DNA of 64,000 nucleotides from Octopus vulgaris (lineage: Eukaryota), in assembly GCA_951406725.2 (NCBI GenBank), contig OX597833.1, positions 21,762,001-21,826,000 of the forward strand. Direction: 5' to 3'. Under the pieces are notes generated by a model. It saw only the letters and a list, made by a program, of their open reading frames with translations, did not search any database and was not told the DNA's origin. A program made the translations under genes and the position numbers. This document shows, one piece after another, positions 23,893-36,608 of this stretch (positions are counted from its first letter, which is position 1; each line of letters starts with the position of its first letter).

Positions 23893-24340
23893 CTTTACAT
23901 GTTTCGGTCATTGGGCTACGGGCCAGGCTGGAACACCACATCGAAGGGTTTAGTCGAACAGATCGATACCAGTACTTATTTTTTTAATTCCCTAAGTCTA
24001 GCCCTTAGTTTATCGGTTTCTTTCTTTCTTTTTTTTGTGGGCTGCTAGTTAAGGGGACGTAAACGAACCAACGCCGGTTGTCAAGCAGTGGTGAGGGGAA
24101 CAAACAACGCCGCACGTGCGCACACACACATACACACACAGAGTTTCCATCTACCAAATCCACACAAAAGGCATTGGTCGGCCTTATACATGTACGACGA
24201 GCTTCTTTCAGTTTCCGTCAACTAAGATTTATTCACAAGGCTTTGGTCAGCCCGTGGCAATAGTAGAAATACACTTGCCATAGGTGCCACGCAGTGGGAC
24301 TGAACCTGGAACAATGTGGTTGGGAAACATACTTATTACA
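23893..24340 (-). mobile_element. SINE A, diverged, with internal duplication
   Basis: Family A body; the AGTTTCC.TC.AC...GGTC segment appears twice. Confidence 0.82.
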
Positions 24341-25287
24341 CCCCATCAGAGTAACTTAGGGTTTATGAAAGACAAATCCTTATATTACTCGGAACATATG
24401 AAACAGGGGCTTAACTAAAAGTCTGGAAACGAAGATGGACGTTTAGGACAAACTTATGAGAATATTTTGGACAGAGAAAACGCTAAAGTTGGAGGTGACG
24501 CCTTTCACTTGCAGAGTTTTCTTTGCAGTTTCGCCCATGAAAATCCACCCGAACGGCACTCCGGCCCCGCCACCAAGGAGTGTATAAAATTGTTATCGAC
24601 AAACTACGGACCTGCAGGACTTTCTAAATAGCACGCCTTGTAATAGATTGCTTTTTTTTTAAATATATATTTTAGTAGAGTGGTCCGCCTGGTCATAAAC
24701 CATGTCTCATGCTGACAGCTTCTCGAAAAGGGTTGCCTGTGCCTGCTATAAAGAGTTGCTCATCCTACTAGAAACAGCAGTCAAATCACATAATTGTCAG
24801 GAAAGAGGAGTTAAAAAGAAGAGCAGAGCAATTAACGATGAGGTTCTCTATGCACTATGTCTAAAGAACTATGAGATGGTCACGGTTGGAACGCCTTCGA
24901 TCATTAAGTCTGTTCAATCTAGGCTTATCCAGACATAAACAACAACAGACCACATCTGACGGACGAGTACTGCCAACCACAACCACCGCACAGACTGTCA
25001 GAGTGCATTCCATAGGTTAACCAATGAATGTTAAAATACAATCCTCTTTCTCCTCCTTTTTACACAAGGCATATGGTAGGCACATCAGCAATAATAAGCC
25101 AATGTAGTGTCAACTATTTTGGTCGTTCAATTATTTCATTCATGTGCTACCATAGCTCTTTATAACATTATTCAGTGTACTCTCTCTCTCTTATGTACAC
25201 AGCGAATGTGTAGCAGCTGGTGGAAGGTGAACGGGTACAAAACTGTAATACCAGACAGAAAGAGTATCACTAACACACACACACACA

Positions 25288-25319
<32 letters not shown>

Positions 25320-25502
25320 ACACACACACTCACACACGTTATCTATTAACATATCTATATATCTATTAATCGTCTAAATTGCACTATTTTTTACTTGAAT
25401 TTTAAATGAAAAAACTAGGATGCAACTTACATATTGATCTAGCTGACTCTTTCAGTTAATTTCTCACCCTTACTAAGAATACATATCTTTATTATGGCAA
25501 AA

Positions 25503-25871
25503 TGAAATGCCTAGCGGTATTTCGCCCGTCGCTACGTTCTGAGTTCAAATTCCGCCGAGGTCGACTTTGCCTTTCATCCTTTCGGGATCGATTAAAAAGT
25601 ACCAGTTACGCACTGGGGTCGATATAATCGACTTAATCCAGTTGTTTGTCCACTCTATGTTTAGCTCCTTGTAGGTAATAAAGAAATAGGTATTTCGTCT
25701 GCTGTTACGTTCTGAGTTCAAATTCCGCCGAGGTCGACTTGGCCTTTCATCCTTTCAGGGGGTCGATAAATTAAGTACCAGTTACGCACTGGGGTCGATA
25801 TAATTGACTTAATCCCTTTGTCATTGTTTGCCTCCTCTATGTTTAGCCCCTTGTGGGTAGTAAAGAAATAA
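25503..25871 (+). mobile_element. SINE B tandem dimer
   Basis: The unit GGTATTTCG...AAAGAAATA is repeated twice head to tail; the same arrangement occurs at 37477-37795. Confidence 0.9.
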
Positions 25872-27720
25872 GTGCAGCAACTACCACAAGAGCGGCTAGA
25901 AGAAGAGGCTAAGCCCCATAACTCTCTCAGGTGAGCAGATACCAGCGAGACTGATGTTACTTGAACAATAACAAATCGATGGCAGCGTGTAGGAAATGAA
26001 TTCCGGAGCGAGACACAGGGCGGGGTAGAAAGGATTGGGTGTAGTGGCTAGTGCAGGTGTGGATGATGAATATGAGTCGGAGGAGGAGTTGGAGGAATGA
26101 GCGAATTAGAAGTGCTTAAGCAGACGTGACACCAGGACTAGAGACCATAGTCATGGCAGCAGTAAAGAAAGACAAAGAAGACCAGAAGATGGAGAGTGCC
26201 AGTGAGCAATTTCATGCCAGTCAACCGAATGGCTTTTATTTGAGAGGAGAGGAATATTGTCTAGGAAATTTGTGTATTGCAGCTGCACCTTCCCGGAAGG
26301 TTAGAGCAGGACCCTGTTATAGACCTCACTTGAGTTCTGTAGAGAGATAATTGTTGTGGGTCGAAGTATTTTCTGGCTCTGTTCGTTGAAGCATCCATGG
26401 CTATGTTGGGACTGAGAGTTCGCGAAGAGAAATGATCAGTTGTGGTGAGTCCTGGTTTTTGAAGCTATCAGGAGGGTTTCTAGTTGTGTGACTTTGTATT
26501 ATTAAGGGGGGGGGGGCAAGATAGGCAAGACCCCATTGTAAAACGTTTTTGAGGTTTTTATTCATGGACTTAGTAAAGGCTTACCATAAGCTGTCCAGAT
26601 TGTAGGTGGATCTCGTTCGGATGTGGAGGACTAGTGAGGGGTGAAATGCGAGGTAATCTACGAAGGAGTGGGAGTCGTTGGGAATGATGGCAAGTAGTTT
26701 GTTAATCGATATGTAGGAGGGAGATTGTATGAGGGATACGGAGTCAGTGAAGGCTTACCATAAGGGATCTAGCTCGTTTGAGTGTGACAGACAAGTGATC
26801 AGTGAAGGGTGACATTATCAGCGTGGGAGTGGGTGTTGATGGAGGTGATGGCAAGCAGCTTGTTGGTGTACAGGAAGAAGGTAGATTGTGTGGTGACGAA
26901 AATGAAACCCTGGGACACACAAGAGTGTATAGGAAATGGGTCTGAGAGAGCTTCATCCACACATTGCTGCGACGGTACCATATAAAAGGAAGCCATGAAT
27001 CTAAGGGGAAAAAGAAGGGCGAAGCCCACAGGCGAGCAACGTTACCAGGAGATTCGCGTGCCACATAATGATGAAGGCTACAACATCACTTTCACCAAAT
27101 TTCAGAAGACGAAAGCCCACCAGAGAGAGAGAGAGGGGGGGATGAGAGAGGAGTGCTTGCAGCACCGTCATAAAGCATGGACATACTGGGCAGTTGACCA
27201 GGGCTCCCAGAGGTCTTGGGGCCAAAATCTGATCTATGTCTGCTGTGGCTTCCTGTCAACAAATAAATACCATTGGGTCCAATGCACTGATTCGCCTGGT
27301 GACCTAGAAAGCTACTAAGACGGCCCTGAATATTAGTCGAAGACAGGGACTAATGTTTTAGGATAGATTGCTTAGGACAAGTGTTTTAGGGCAGACTGCT
27401 CAGGACAAGTAATCTTCTTGGTATGAATTGACCGGAAGTACTTTCACATATGACATGTATGTTGAACGTACTAAAGATGAATTTGGCTGAGTGGAAAGGG
27501 GTATTTTTGAAGTAGGTTTACAAAGGGCGTGTGCTGCATGAAATTTGGTGCAATGTTGGTAGCAAATAGCTACGGAAGCAGGAGAACTTGCTCAAAGGAT
27601 AATCATATGCCAAGAAACGGACCAAGCTGGTTTCGGCTAATTTGGTAGAGAAATCCTTTTGGTATGGGTTACTTGTTAATTTGGTCGTCAAAGAAGCTAA
27701 GTTATATAAACCATTGAATC
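25872..27720 (-). pseudogene. Decayed non-LTR retrotransposon RT and 3' end (CR1/L2/Jockey group)
   Basis: ORF 26799-27029 reads VDEALSDPFPIHSCVSQG...FFLYTNKLL...HSHADNVTL, a degenerate form of SGVPQG...LFLLYINDL...YADD. KYFDPQQLSLYRTQVR lies downstream and VKVLPVNS/LVPVF-like remnants upstream. Confidence 0.8.
27160..27328 (-). mobile_element. hAT/Tip100-like MITE nested in the LINE relic
   Basis: TIRs CAGGGCCGTCTTA / CAGCACCGTCATA; a related copy lies at about 12580-12706. Confidence 0.65.
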
Positions 27721-28024
27721 ATTTTACGAATGAAAAGAGGTGTATGGTGACGGCAGTGGGAATAAAACATTCCAACTATGAAGAGAATTTCGTTTTCTTT
27801 TATATAACAGAAGACGGCGACTGTGGCGAAGGTGGAGAAGGCGACGGAGGCGGCGGCGATATCGCTTTTATCTTTTAATCTTTAATATTGCATTGTGGTC
27901 TTTTGTTGTTGTTGTTACTAGTTTGTTTGCTTCAGGGTCTTTTTAAATGACGTGTATTTTGGGTGTGATTGTGTATTCATGTGACTGTGTGTGTGCGTAT
28001 GTGTATTCAGAAAGATACGAGGAA

Positions 28025-28043
28025 AGAGAGAGACAGACAGAGA

Positions 28044-28078
<35 letters not shown>

Positions 28079-28137
28079 ACAAAGAGAGAGAGATACAAAG
28101 AGAGAGAGAAAGAGAGAGACAGACAGACAGACAGAGA

Positions 28138-28177
<40 letters not shown>

Positions 28178-28222
28178 AAGAGAGAGAGAGAGAAAGAGAG
28201 AGAGACAGACAGACAGAGACAA

Positions 28223-28257
<35 letters not shown>

Positions 28258-28283
28258 AAGAGAGAGAGAGACAGACAGACAGA

Positions 28284-28323
<40 letters not shown>

Positions 28324-28415
28324 TACTGTGAGAGGTAAAGTAGCAAACAGCTTGGTAAAGAAGTCTCGGAAATAGAAATGAAACGGAAAGAAATAGATAA
28401 ATATTAAGAGAGAAA

Positions 28416-28462
<47 letters not shown>
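28025..28462. repeat. Compound (GA)n/(GACA)n low-complexity array
   Basis: Alternating GA and GACA runs punctuated by CAAA. Confidence 0.95.
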
Positions 28463-28467
<5 letters not shown>

Positions 28468-28979
28468 TGAGAAATTCGAAAGACGAAGAGAGAAGAAAAC
28501 TACCATACATTGATAGAGATAAACATTGAGATGGAAGTGGGGTGGTAATAGAGAGTAGTCATGGGCAACCTGCGGCCCGCCTGGCGAAAAAATTTATCTT
28601 GAAATTGGTTTTGTGGCCCGCGTCTCCAGAAACGGTGGACCAAAAAAGGAGGCTCGAAGATACGAAGGTTAGGGAAAGTACAATGCAAAAACAAAAAAAG
28701 ACATCAGACGGAAGTAGAAAGCCAAACCAGACAAACAGAATAAGAAAAAAAGAGGGCGAAGAAAGAGAGGACAGAAAATGAAAACAAAGAGAAGAAAAAG
28801 GAGAAAACGAGAGGGGAATAGAAGAAAGACATATGTAAGCATAAGAGGGAGAGAGAGAAGAGGGAAACAATAATAATAGACTTAAGAGAAAGAGAGAAGA
28901 TGAGCAAACAATAAAAGGGGAAGAATAAAAAGAAAAAGAGGGAGAAATGACAACGATAGGACGATATATATATATATAT

Positions 28980-29175
28980 AGTTAATCCAAACAAGAAAAA
29001 CAAAAACAAAAAAACAAGGCAAGGACGTAGAACAAATAAAGTATTATTGGACGCTCAGGAAAGAAGGAGGGTTTGACGTTTCGAGCGGAGCTCTTCGTCG
29101 GAAACATAGGAGAAGGAAAGATCCCGAGAAGGGAAGACAGGGGAAAAAATCGCTAGTGATACAGACGAGGTCACA
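28980..29175 (-). mobile_element. Short Penelope-like element with hammerhead core CCGACGA and GUC site
   Basis: GUUU-CCGACGA-A-GAGC(UCC)GCUC-GAAA-CG-UC^AAAC at 29105-29071; inside (TA)n. Confidence 0.72.
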
Positions 29176-29189
29176 TATATATATATATA

Positions 29190-30059
29190 CTAGCTGACGT
29201 ACACGGTAATTCCTGGAAAATCGGGGCTTATCCCTTGGTTCCGTTCTCATTATTGTTTCGCTAACAACAATACAAAGTATGTAGCCCTTCAAACGGTTTT
29301 TGTGCATTTACAGAGAATAGTGATCTTGTTTTTAGGAATTCCCAATAAGTAATGAATATCCAAATTGTGAAGTCAGTTATGTAATAACATGAAATTAGTT
29401 ACCCGATAGTAAGAATTCAAATAAAGTAGTCCCGAAAAGGACTTTAATGCGTTCCCAGGGTATATAGAACTTAGGAGAAAATTCTAATATAGTATGTATA
29501 CTGAAATCGTGAAGCATGTTACGCAATAACAGGCTAATCGGATATGAGATAACAATTCAAAGTAAATAACTCTGAAAAGGGCTTTTGTACGTTCCCAGAG
29601 AATATTACCCCAGAGGCGCTAGTGTTGGTATATTCGTGAATAAGACACTAACCAAAATAAGTGGATCTATTGTTTAGGAAAATGCCATTTACTTGTTTAA
29701 GAGTTGTACTGGATAAATTGCGAAAATAACTCTAACAATTCAAATACTAAGAAATAAGCATACTCAATTTCATTTATACCAAATGATTTACGAAAATGAA
29801 CGGATTATTACCCTTGGCTGTTAAAATCTGGGCGAATGGGTTATTTCCCTTGACTGTTAAAATGAAATATATTATATATATATAAGGATCCCTTCCAGGG
29901 GGCCCTATTATCGATTTTTTTTCAAATACCATGAAATTTCCAGACACGAGTTCTACTCACGTGTCAAGTTTCATCAAAATCGATAAAACGATGTAGGAGG
30001 AGTTAGCTAACAACTCCACAAGCAAACCCACAGACAGAATTTCCCACATATGTAGTAGA
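29190..30059 (-). mobile_element. Non-autonomous Helitron family H1, copy 2
   Basis: Exact A|TC...hairpin...CTAG|T termini on minus, no TSD. Confidence 0.85.
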
Positions 30060-30068
30060 TATACATGT

Positions 30069-30386
30069 GGAGGAGCAATGGCACAATGGTTAGGGCAGCG
30101 GACTAGCGGTTTCGATTCCCAGACCGGGCGTTGTGAGTGTTTATTGGGCGAAAACACCTGCTGTACCCTTTCATCACGATTTTCTCTCATTCTTTCTTCC
30201 CGTTTCTGTCGTACCTGTATTTCAAAAGGCCAGCCTTGTCACACTCTGTGTCATGCTGAATCTCCCCGAGAAATATGTTAAGGGTTCACGTGTCTGTGGA
30301 GTGCTCAGTCACTTGCACGTTAATTTCACAAGCAGGCTGTTCCGTTGATCGGATCAACTATAACCCTCGTCATCGTAACCGACGGA
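30069..30386 (+). mobile_element. SINE C with internal deletions
   Basis: Matches 45334-45714. Confidence 0.9.
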
Positions 30387-30992
30387 AAGAGAGAGAGAGA
30401 GAGAAATAGACAAAGAGAAAGAGAGAAATAGACAAAGAGAAAGAGAAAAATAGACAAAGAGAAAGAGAGAAATAGACAGAGAAATAGAGAGAAAGAGACG
30501 GACAAACACTAAAGTGGCGGAGGAAGGGAGTAAAAAGCAAGACATACGCAACATAAAAATGTCGGCCATAAAACATGAAACTTTATTACCAAATTTAATT
30601 AGTTTCGTAATTGTGAACGCTACCAACTATTAACATATTAAAAGACAATTATGAAGTGTTGTTATTTCTTTTGAACAGTAAATTCATTGTCACTACTGCT
30701 TGCTTACACCATACATTAAGAAAAACTTAATACTTGTCCTTGGCACTCTATATTTTTTCCGCTTATTGTCTTCGTAACTATAACTGTTGCTTTTGTAATT
30801 GTTGTTAGGTTAGTGCTGATCGATCAGACAGACCTATGATCATAAACATTCCAGCAATGACTATCCCGTCTTTTTCTCTTTTTTTCCCTCGGTATGGAGA
30901 GGAATCCAGGACATCATTACCCAAATGTGTCCCCTTTTTTTCTAGCCATTTTTAAGATTATAGGATGTGTTTTGAAAGAGATCCACAAACAT

Positions 30993-31023
<31 letters not shown>

Positions 31024-31049
31024 CATACACGTACTTATACATACACTTT

Positions 31050-31183
31050 CATAGCTCGCTTTATAAACCACGTGATTTCAGGTTCAGCCGCACCGTGCGG
31101 CATTTTGAGTGTTGTCCTCTAATAGCCTAGAACACTCAATGCCTTGTAAGAGAATTTTGTAGACGGAAACTGTGTGGAAGGCC

Positions 31184-31220
<37 letters not shown>

Positions 31221-31450
31221 GCGCGGAGCGGAGCGGAGTGGTGCCTGTACATCACATACCCCCAACTTTTGACGGCTGGTGTTGGTTTGTTGACGTCCGG
31301 TACCTTAGCGCTTCGGTAAAAGATACCGACAGCATAAGTACCAGACTAAAAAACAGAGGTACTGGGGTCGATGTTTTTCGATTAAAAAACCTTCAAGGCG
31401 GTGATCCAGCATGGCCACAGTCCAATGACTGAAACACGTATAAGATAAAA
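31050..31450 (+). mobile_element. SINE A, diverged
   Basis: Family A body and tail; lies tail to tail with the next copy. Confidence 0.8.
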
Positions 31451-31510
31451 AGATATACATACATACAACTAAATATTCACAACACATACATACACACACA
31501 CACACACACA

Positions 31511-31725
31511 TATTCTTTTACTCTTTTACTTGTTTCAGTCATTTGACTGCGGTCATACTGGAGCACTGCCTTTAGTCGAGCAAATCGACACTGGAACTTA
31601 TTTTTTGTAAGTCCAGTACTTATTCTATCAGTCTCTTTTGCCGAACCGCTAAGTTACGGGGACATAGACACACCAGCATCGGTTATCAAGCAATGGTAGG
31701 GGGACAAACACAGACACACAAACAT

Positions 31726-31781
<56 letters not shown>

Positions 31782-31938
31782 GACGGGCTTCTTTCAGTTT
31801 CCGTCTACCAAATTCACTCACAAGGCTTTGGTCGGCCCGAGGCTATAGTAGAAGACACTTGCCCAAGGTACCATGCAGTGGGACTGAAACCGGAGCCATG
31901 TGGTTGGTAAGCAAGCTACTTACCACACAGCCACTCCT
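31511..31938 (-). mobile_element. SINE A, near full length
   Basis: Head, CORE-like motif, expanded (CA)n(TA)n and tail. Confidence 0.94.
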
Positions 31939-32743
31939 AAATGCATAAATATAATATACATATATACTGTAACACACACACACAAGGATGTGTGTGTGTG
32001 TGTGTGTGTCTGTGTGTATGTGTGTGTGTGTGTGTGTGAGTCTTTGTACTTTAACATTGACATATGGAGTAAGTACTACTGAAACAGCAAGATTAATGTC
32101 ACGCTCGCAGATAAATGCCGCATGTTTTAACAGCCAGTATATTTAATGTGTTTATAAATAATAGAGAAATTGTAGTAAGAAATGCCGTGGTATAATCCTT
32201 CGTCAGCCTTCATAGAACAACAGATAGGCAGGCTTATGATCAAAAGCATTCTGAACTATAAACATCATACCGTAATTTTTTCTTCTTTTCGCTTTGCTTA
32301 GTACATAGTCTCCTCTTGATATTACATAATGTGCACTTCCTGTTTCATTTTTGTGATTTCTGGAAGGTACGGTCGTAATATAAAGGAAGTTACGTTGACT
32401 TTTTTTTCGTTCTAGGTCTGACAGACGACCACCACGTAACAGATTCCCGTGTTGTTTTGATGGTGGTGGTGGTCACGGTTTCTGACCTCAGGCTAGTAAT
32501 AATCGAGCAAATCCAATGGTCAAAGACGTCCTAATCGTGACCTCAACAGTCATGGGTAAACTACGGCCCGCTAGATTTTCTGAATGGCACGCTTAACGAT
32601 GAGCCGTGTCTCATGTGGCCCGCTTCTCGAAAAAGGTTGCTCGTGTCTACACTACACAGCCGAACGAGTCCTCTTGTAAAAGCGCAGAATACGATTTGAG
32701 TTATTTAAGGGAAATTTGGCTCTTATTTCTAGCGGGGGATCTT

Positions 32744-32998
32744 TACCTTTTGACCAACAGATTTAACAAATAATTTTTTGTAACTAAACACTTTGAAACT
32801 TCGGACACTGGTAGAATGTGTCATATAAAACATCTTTTACTCTTAGCATTTTTGAGAAAAGCTTAGATTTAGGAAGTTATTTCACGTTAAAGTTGTAGTA
32901 TTTCGGTAATTTCAACCAATCAATGATGTGTATTCAGCTGGATAAAATTACTGCCGTTGTTTGTCAACAACAACTATCGGCGGTGTATTTTTCGTTTG
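32744..32998 (-). mobile_element. Fragment related to MITE family T2
   Basis: Shares CTGGTAGAATGTGT, AAACATCTTTT and AACCAATCAATGATG with T2 in reverse orientation. Confidence 0.6.
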
Positions 32999-33029
32999 TC
33001 TCTCCCACCACCACCACCACCACCACCAC

Positions 33030-33221
33030 CGTTTGACAACCGATGTTGGGGTGTTTACATCCCCGTAATTTAGCGGATCGGCGAAAGAGACCGACAGTAT
33101 AAGTACTAGGCTTACAAAGAATAATTCCTGGGGCCGATTTCTTCGACTAAAAAAAAAAACATTTAAGGCGGTACTCCATCATGGCCGCAGTCAAATGACT
33201 GAAACCAGTAAATGAATAAAA
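33030..33221 (+). mobile_element. SINE A, 3' half
   Basis: Family A body and tail. Confidence 0.88.
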
Positions 33222-33629
33222 GAACAATTAAAGGCTTTTTTTGATGGATTGGAGGTGTAAGGTTGTGATGTTCATGCCTTTTGAATAGATGTGAATGATG
33301 TAACAGAAGAGATGGTACACGGCAAGAACTGAGAACAGAAAGCGAGTGTCTAATTTCTAATGCTGTTCCGCCAAATGTCTTACCTTTTTGCTCCACTTCA
33401 GAGTTTACAACACACACACACACACAAGATGTCTCCTCGGTTTACACAGCAGCTGAAATATATCGTGTACGTCTTGTCATCTGTCTCTGCAGTTCAATGA
33501 CATTTTCGCGACGGCAGCCAGCCATAAAATACATACTCGAGTAATTCATGCAAAAATCTGAATTCGCCAAACTATCCGATTACTTAGACGTCATGACATT
33601 TACAAAAAAATAAAATCTATAACAAATAT

Positions 33630-33856
33630 CTACATATACATATGTAGATATGTATTCATGTATGTATGCACGCGCACGCACACACACACACACACACACG
33701 TATGTGTGTATCTATGTGTCTATATTTATGTATGTGTGTACATGTATATGTGTGCGTGTATGTATATATATATACATATATGTGTGCGTGTGTATGTATA
33801 TATGTATATATATATATATGTGTGTGTGTGTGTATGTATATATATATGTATATGTG

Positions 33857-33888
<32 letters not shown>

Positions 33889-33965
33889 AGTGTGTATGTA
33901 TATATATATGTATATGTGTGTGTATATATATATGCATGTGTGTGCATATATGCGCGCGCAAGTGT
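33630..33965. repeat. Alternating purine-pyrimidine (TA/TG/CA) tract
   Basis: About 330 bp of mixed dinucleotide runs. Confidence 0.95.
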
Positions 33966-34292
33966 GTAACAAAAGTAGAATTAAGACGTGAAGAGAGTTA
34001 ACGAAAACTCCATTAAATAGAGTGCCCCTTTTTGGAGGTACGTCGAATATACGTGACAATCTGTCAAATGGATTATAATTAAGAATTTGATTAGATCGAA
34101 CCAAGGCCAGATAACAAAAAAAGAAAACTCTTTATCACGGGGGAGCCTCAAGCATCGTCACTTGATTTTCCCAACACAATTGCTTTAAAAAACAACCTTC
34201 GATAATGCTCTTGGTACTTCTGTCATCATTCGTAATTTCTGGTATGTCTATTCGACTAAATGTGAAAGGCGCTCGTGGCCTAGTAGTTAGGG

Positions 34293-34594
34293 CGGTGGTT
34301 CCCAAACTTTTTCGGGTAGCCGCCCCCCATGGTACTCAGCCCACATTCCTAGTGCCCTACCTCCACCCGCCACCACAAACGTAGACCACTTTGTGCAGCA
34401 AATTCAAAAGAACTGTATTTGACAAATAAAGCCTAACCTAGTCAACCCATTGTTTTTCTGTTATTTTACATCCATCGCCCCTTTTGGCTACCCCATTTTT
34501 ACATCGATTTTTCTTCAAATCCCCATTTTTGACCAGTACATACCGCCCCCAGGGTAGGATGGAGGTATAGTATCGCTCACTCTGGGAACCACTG
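34293..34594 (+). mobile_element. hAT-like MITE with perfect 8-bp TSD inside an old tRNA-SINE
   Basis: TIRs CGGTGGTTCCCAAAC / TCTGGGAACCACTG; AGTTAGGG at 34285-34292 and 34595-34602. The host SINE spans about 34266-34810. Confidence 0.92.
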
Positions 34595-34923
34595 AGTTAG
34601 GGTATTGCACTCACGGTCGCAAGATTGCGGTTTCTTCTCCGGGACCGGAGTGTCCCTCAGCAAAACACTTAATTTCATGTACCTCTTGTTTTCTCGTCTG
34701 TAAATGAGTAACTCTGCAATGGACTAGCGCCCCATTCAGGAGCAATTTTAAGATCTCGGTTACTCATAGGCCATGGAAAACAGGTAACCGACCCTGTGGA
34801 CTCCTATGACTTGAGATAATAACGTCCAGGTCTCACTTATTATCGGACAAAATATGACTATCATGTACCACAGTCAGTCTGAACAACTAAGTGCAAATTA
34901 CAAGGTGCAATCTTGGTGCAGAC

Positions 34924-35273
34924 CAGGGGTTTCCAACCATATCTTATTTATGGATCCCTTTTATTACTATTTTGTTCTAGTAGATCCCCACAACCATTCG
35001 ATGTTTGAAAACTAGTTTTATAGAAAACTTCTTTCAAAATTCCTATTTTGCTTTTCACCCATTAACTTGTGTAGGCTGAACTAAGAAAAATATGAGAGAA
35101 AGAAACCTAGCTGTTTCTTGCAATACATACCAATATATACACCTAAAGCAAACTTTTTTAGGGCCCCTTAAAATAATATTGTGAATCCCCAATTTACTAT
35201 TATGTTGCGTGGACCCCCTAGAAACCTTACATGGACCTCCAGGGGCCATATGCACCCCAGTTGAGAACCATTG
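34924..35273 (+). mobile_element. hAT-like MITE family 2
   Basis: CAGGGGTTTCCAAC / GTTGAGAACCATTG; reverse homolog of 47707-48039. Confidence 0.82.
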
Positions 35274-35480
35274 ATTTAAGACATTTTCTTCCTTTCAATC
35301 AATCCAAAGAGTACATCTGATCCAGTAAACAGCTGTGGATCATTACGCATAGAGAAATTACTCTCTAAAATGAACAGACATTGTTCAGATAATTACAAAA
35401 TTTATCGTTGTTTGATATTTCTTTTTAAGTATGCCTCATTATATAACAAAAATGGATGAGTCATTAATTAAAATGCTTAC

Positions 35481-35605
35481 ATAGTAAAATACATGTGTCA
35501 ACCACTGCAATGAGAGGTTTACATTTGTACGACATTGGCTCAGAAAACAACTCGAGAAGACTGAAGCTGGTTTGCCATTTTGACATGCATACACACGTGG
35601 TATGA
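35481..35605 (-). CDS. Candidate internal exon (125 bp) of an unknown gene
   Basis: Pyrimidine-rich tract plus TAG acceptor and GTAAGC donor; open in two frames; unique sequence. Confidence 0.22.
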
Positions 35606-35757
35606 CTAACGTTGGAAAAACAGGGGAGACAAATGATGAAAATTTTCTATATTGCAATCAATCAAAAGATATTTTATTGAAACAAAGACTAAAAAAACTG
35701 CACTTGTAAGAAATTCGCTATCGTTTCTCATTTTTTGTTATTTAAAGCCTAGTACCC

Positions 35758-36041
35758 AGGCGCAGGAGTGCCTCTGTAGTAAGTAGCTTGCTTACCAACC
35801 ACATGGTTCCGGGTTTAGTCCCACTGCGTGGCAACTTGGGCAAGTGTCTTCTACTATAGTCTCGGGCTGACCAAAGCCTTGTGAGTGGATTTGGTAGACG
35901 GAAACTAAAAGAAGCCTGTCGTATATATGTATATATATTTGTGTGTGTGTTTGTCTCCCCAACATCGCTTGACAACAGATGCTGGTGTGTTTACGTCCCT
36001 GTAACTTAGCGGTTCGGCAAAAGACACCGATAGAATATGTA
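35758..36041 (+). mobile_element. SINE A, 3' truncated
   Basis: AGGCGCAGGAGTG head and body. Confidence 0.92.
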
Positions 36042-36364
36042 CAGACGCTAAACTATAAATTCCACAGGGTACAACTTTAAAGTTGACACCGCTACAACGC
36101 AGAAAATTTCTGTCTCACTATTGCCTAAAAATACAAATTTTTTTTTTCGATTTTTAAACGTCTGTAACTTTTTCGTCAGATTCTTCTCCACAAGATCATG
36201 GCTTCACAGGAATAAGAGAGGAAATCTGCTTCAATATAACCAATTTTCAGATTTGTTTCTACTTCCTTTTTAAAAAAATGTAGATTCTGTGAATGAATTT
36301 ACCTAGATCCGTGATGAGGGAGTAACATACACATACATGTGTGAGTATGTGTATACACACACAC

Positions 36365-36410
<46 letters not shown>

Positions 36411-36413
<3 letters not shown>

Positions 36414-36608
36414 GTCAATCCAAACAAGAACAAGCAAGAAAAAACAATGCGAGGACGTGGTACAAGTACTGTGTTATTGGACGCTCAGGAAACGAAAGAA
36501 AAGAAAGAGGACTTCACGTTTCGAGCAGAGCTCTTCATCAGAAATATAGAAAAAATCCAAAGAAGGGAAGACGGAGAAAGAAAATCGCCAACGATACACA
36601 CGCGGTCG
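36411..36608 (-). mobile_element. Short Penelope-like element with canonical hammerhead core CUGAUGA
   Basis: AUUU-CUGAUGA-A-GAGC(UCU)GCUC-GAAA-CG-UG-AAGU at 36545-36511; same family as 22540 and 28980. Confidence 0.72.

Noticed and set aside
23539-24048. 169-aa ORF
   Set aside because: Built from trinucleotide repeats plus SINE A sequence, with a non-ATG start.
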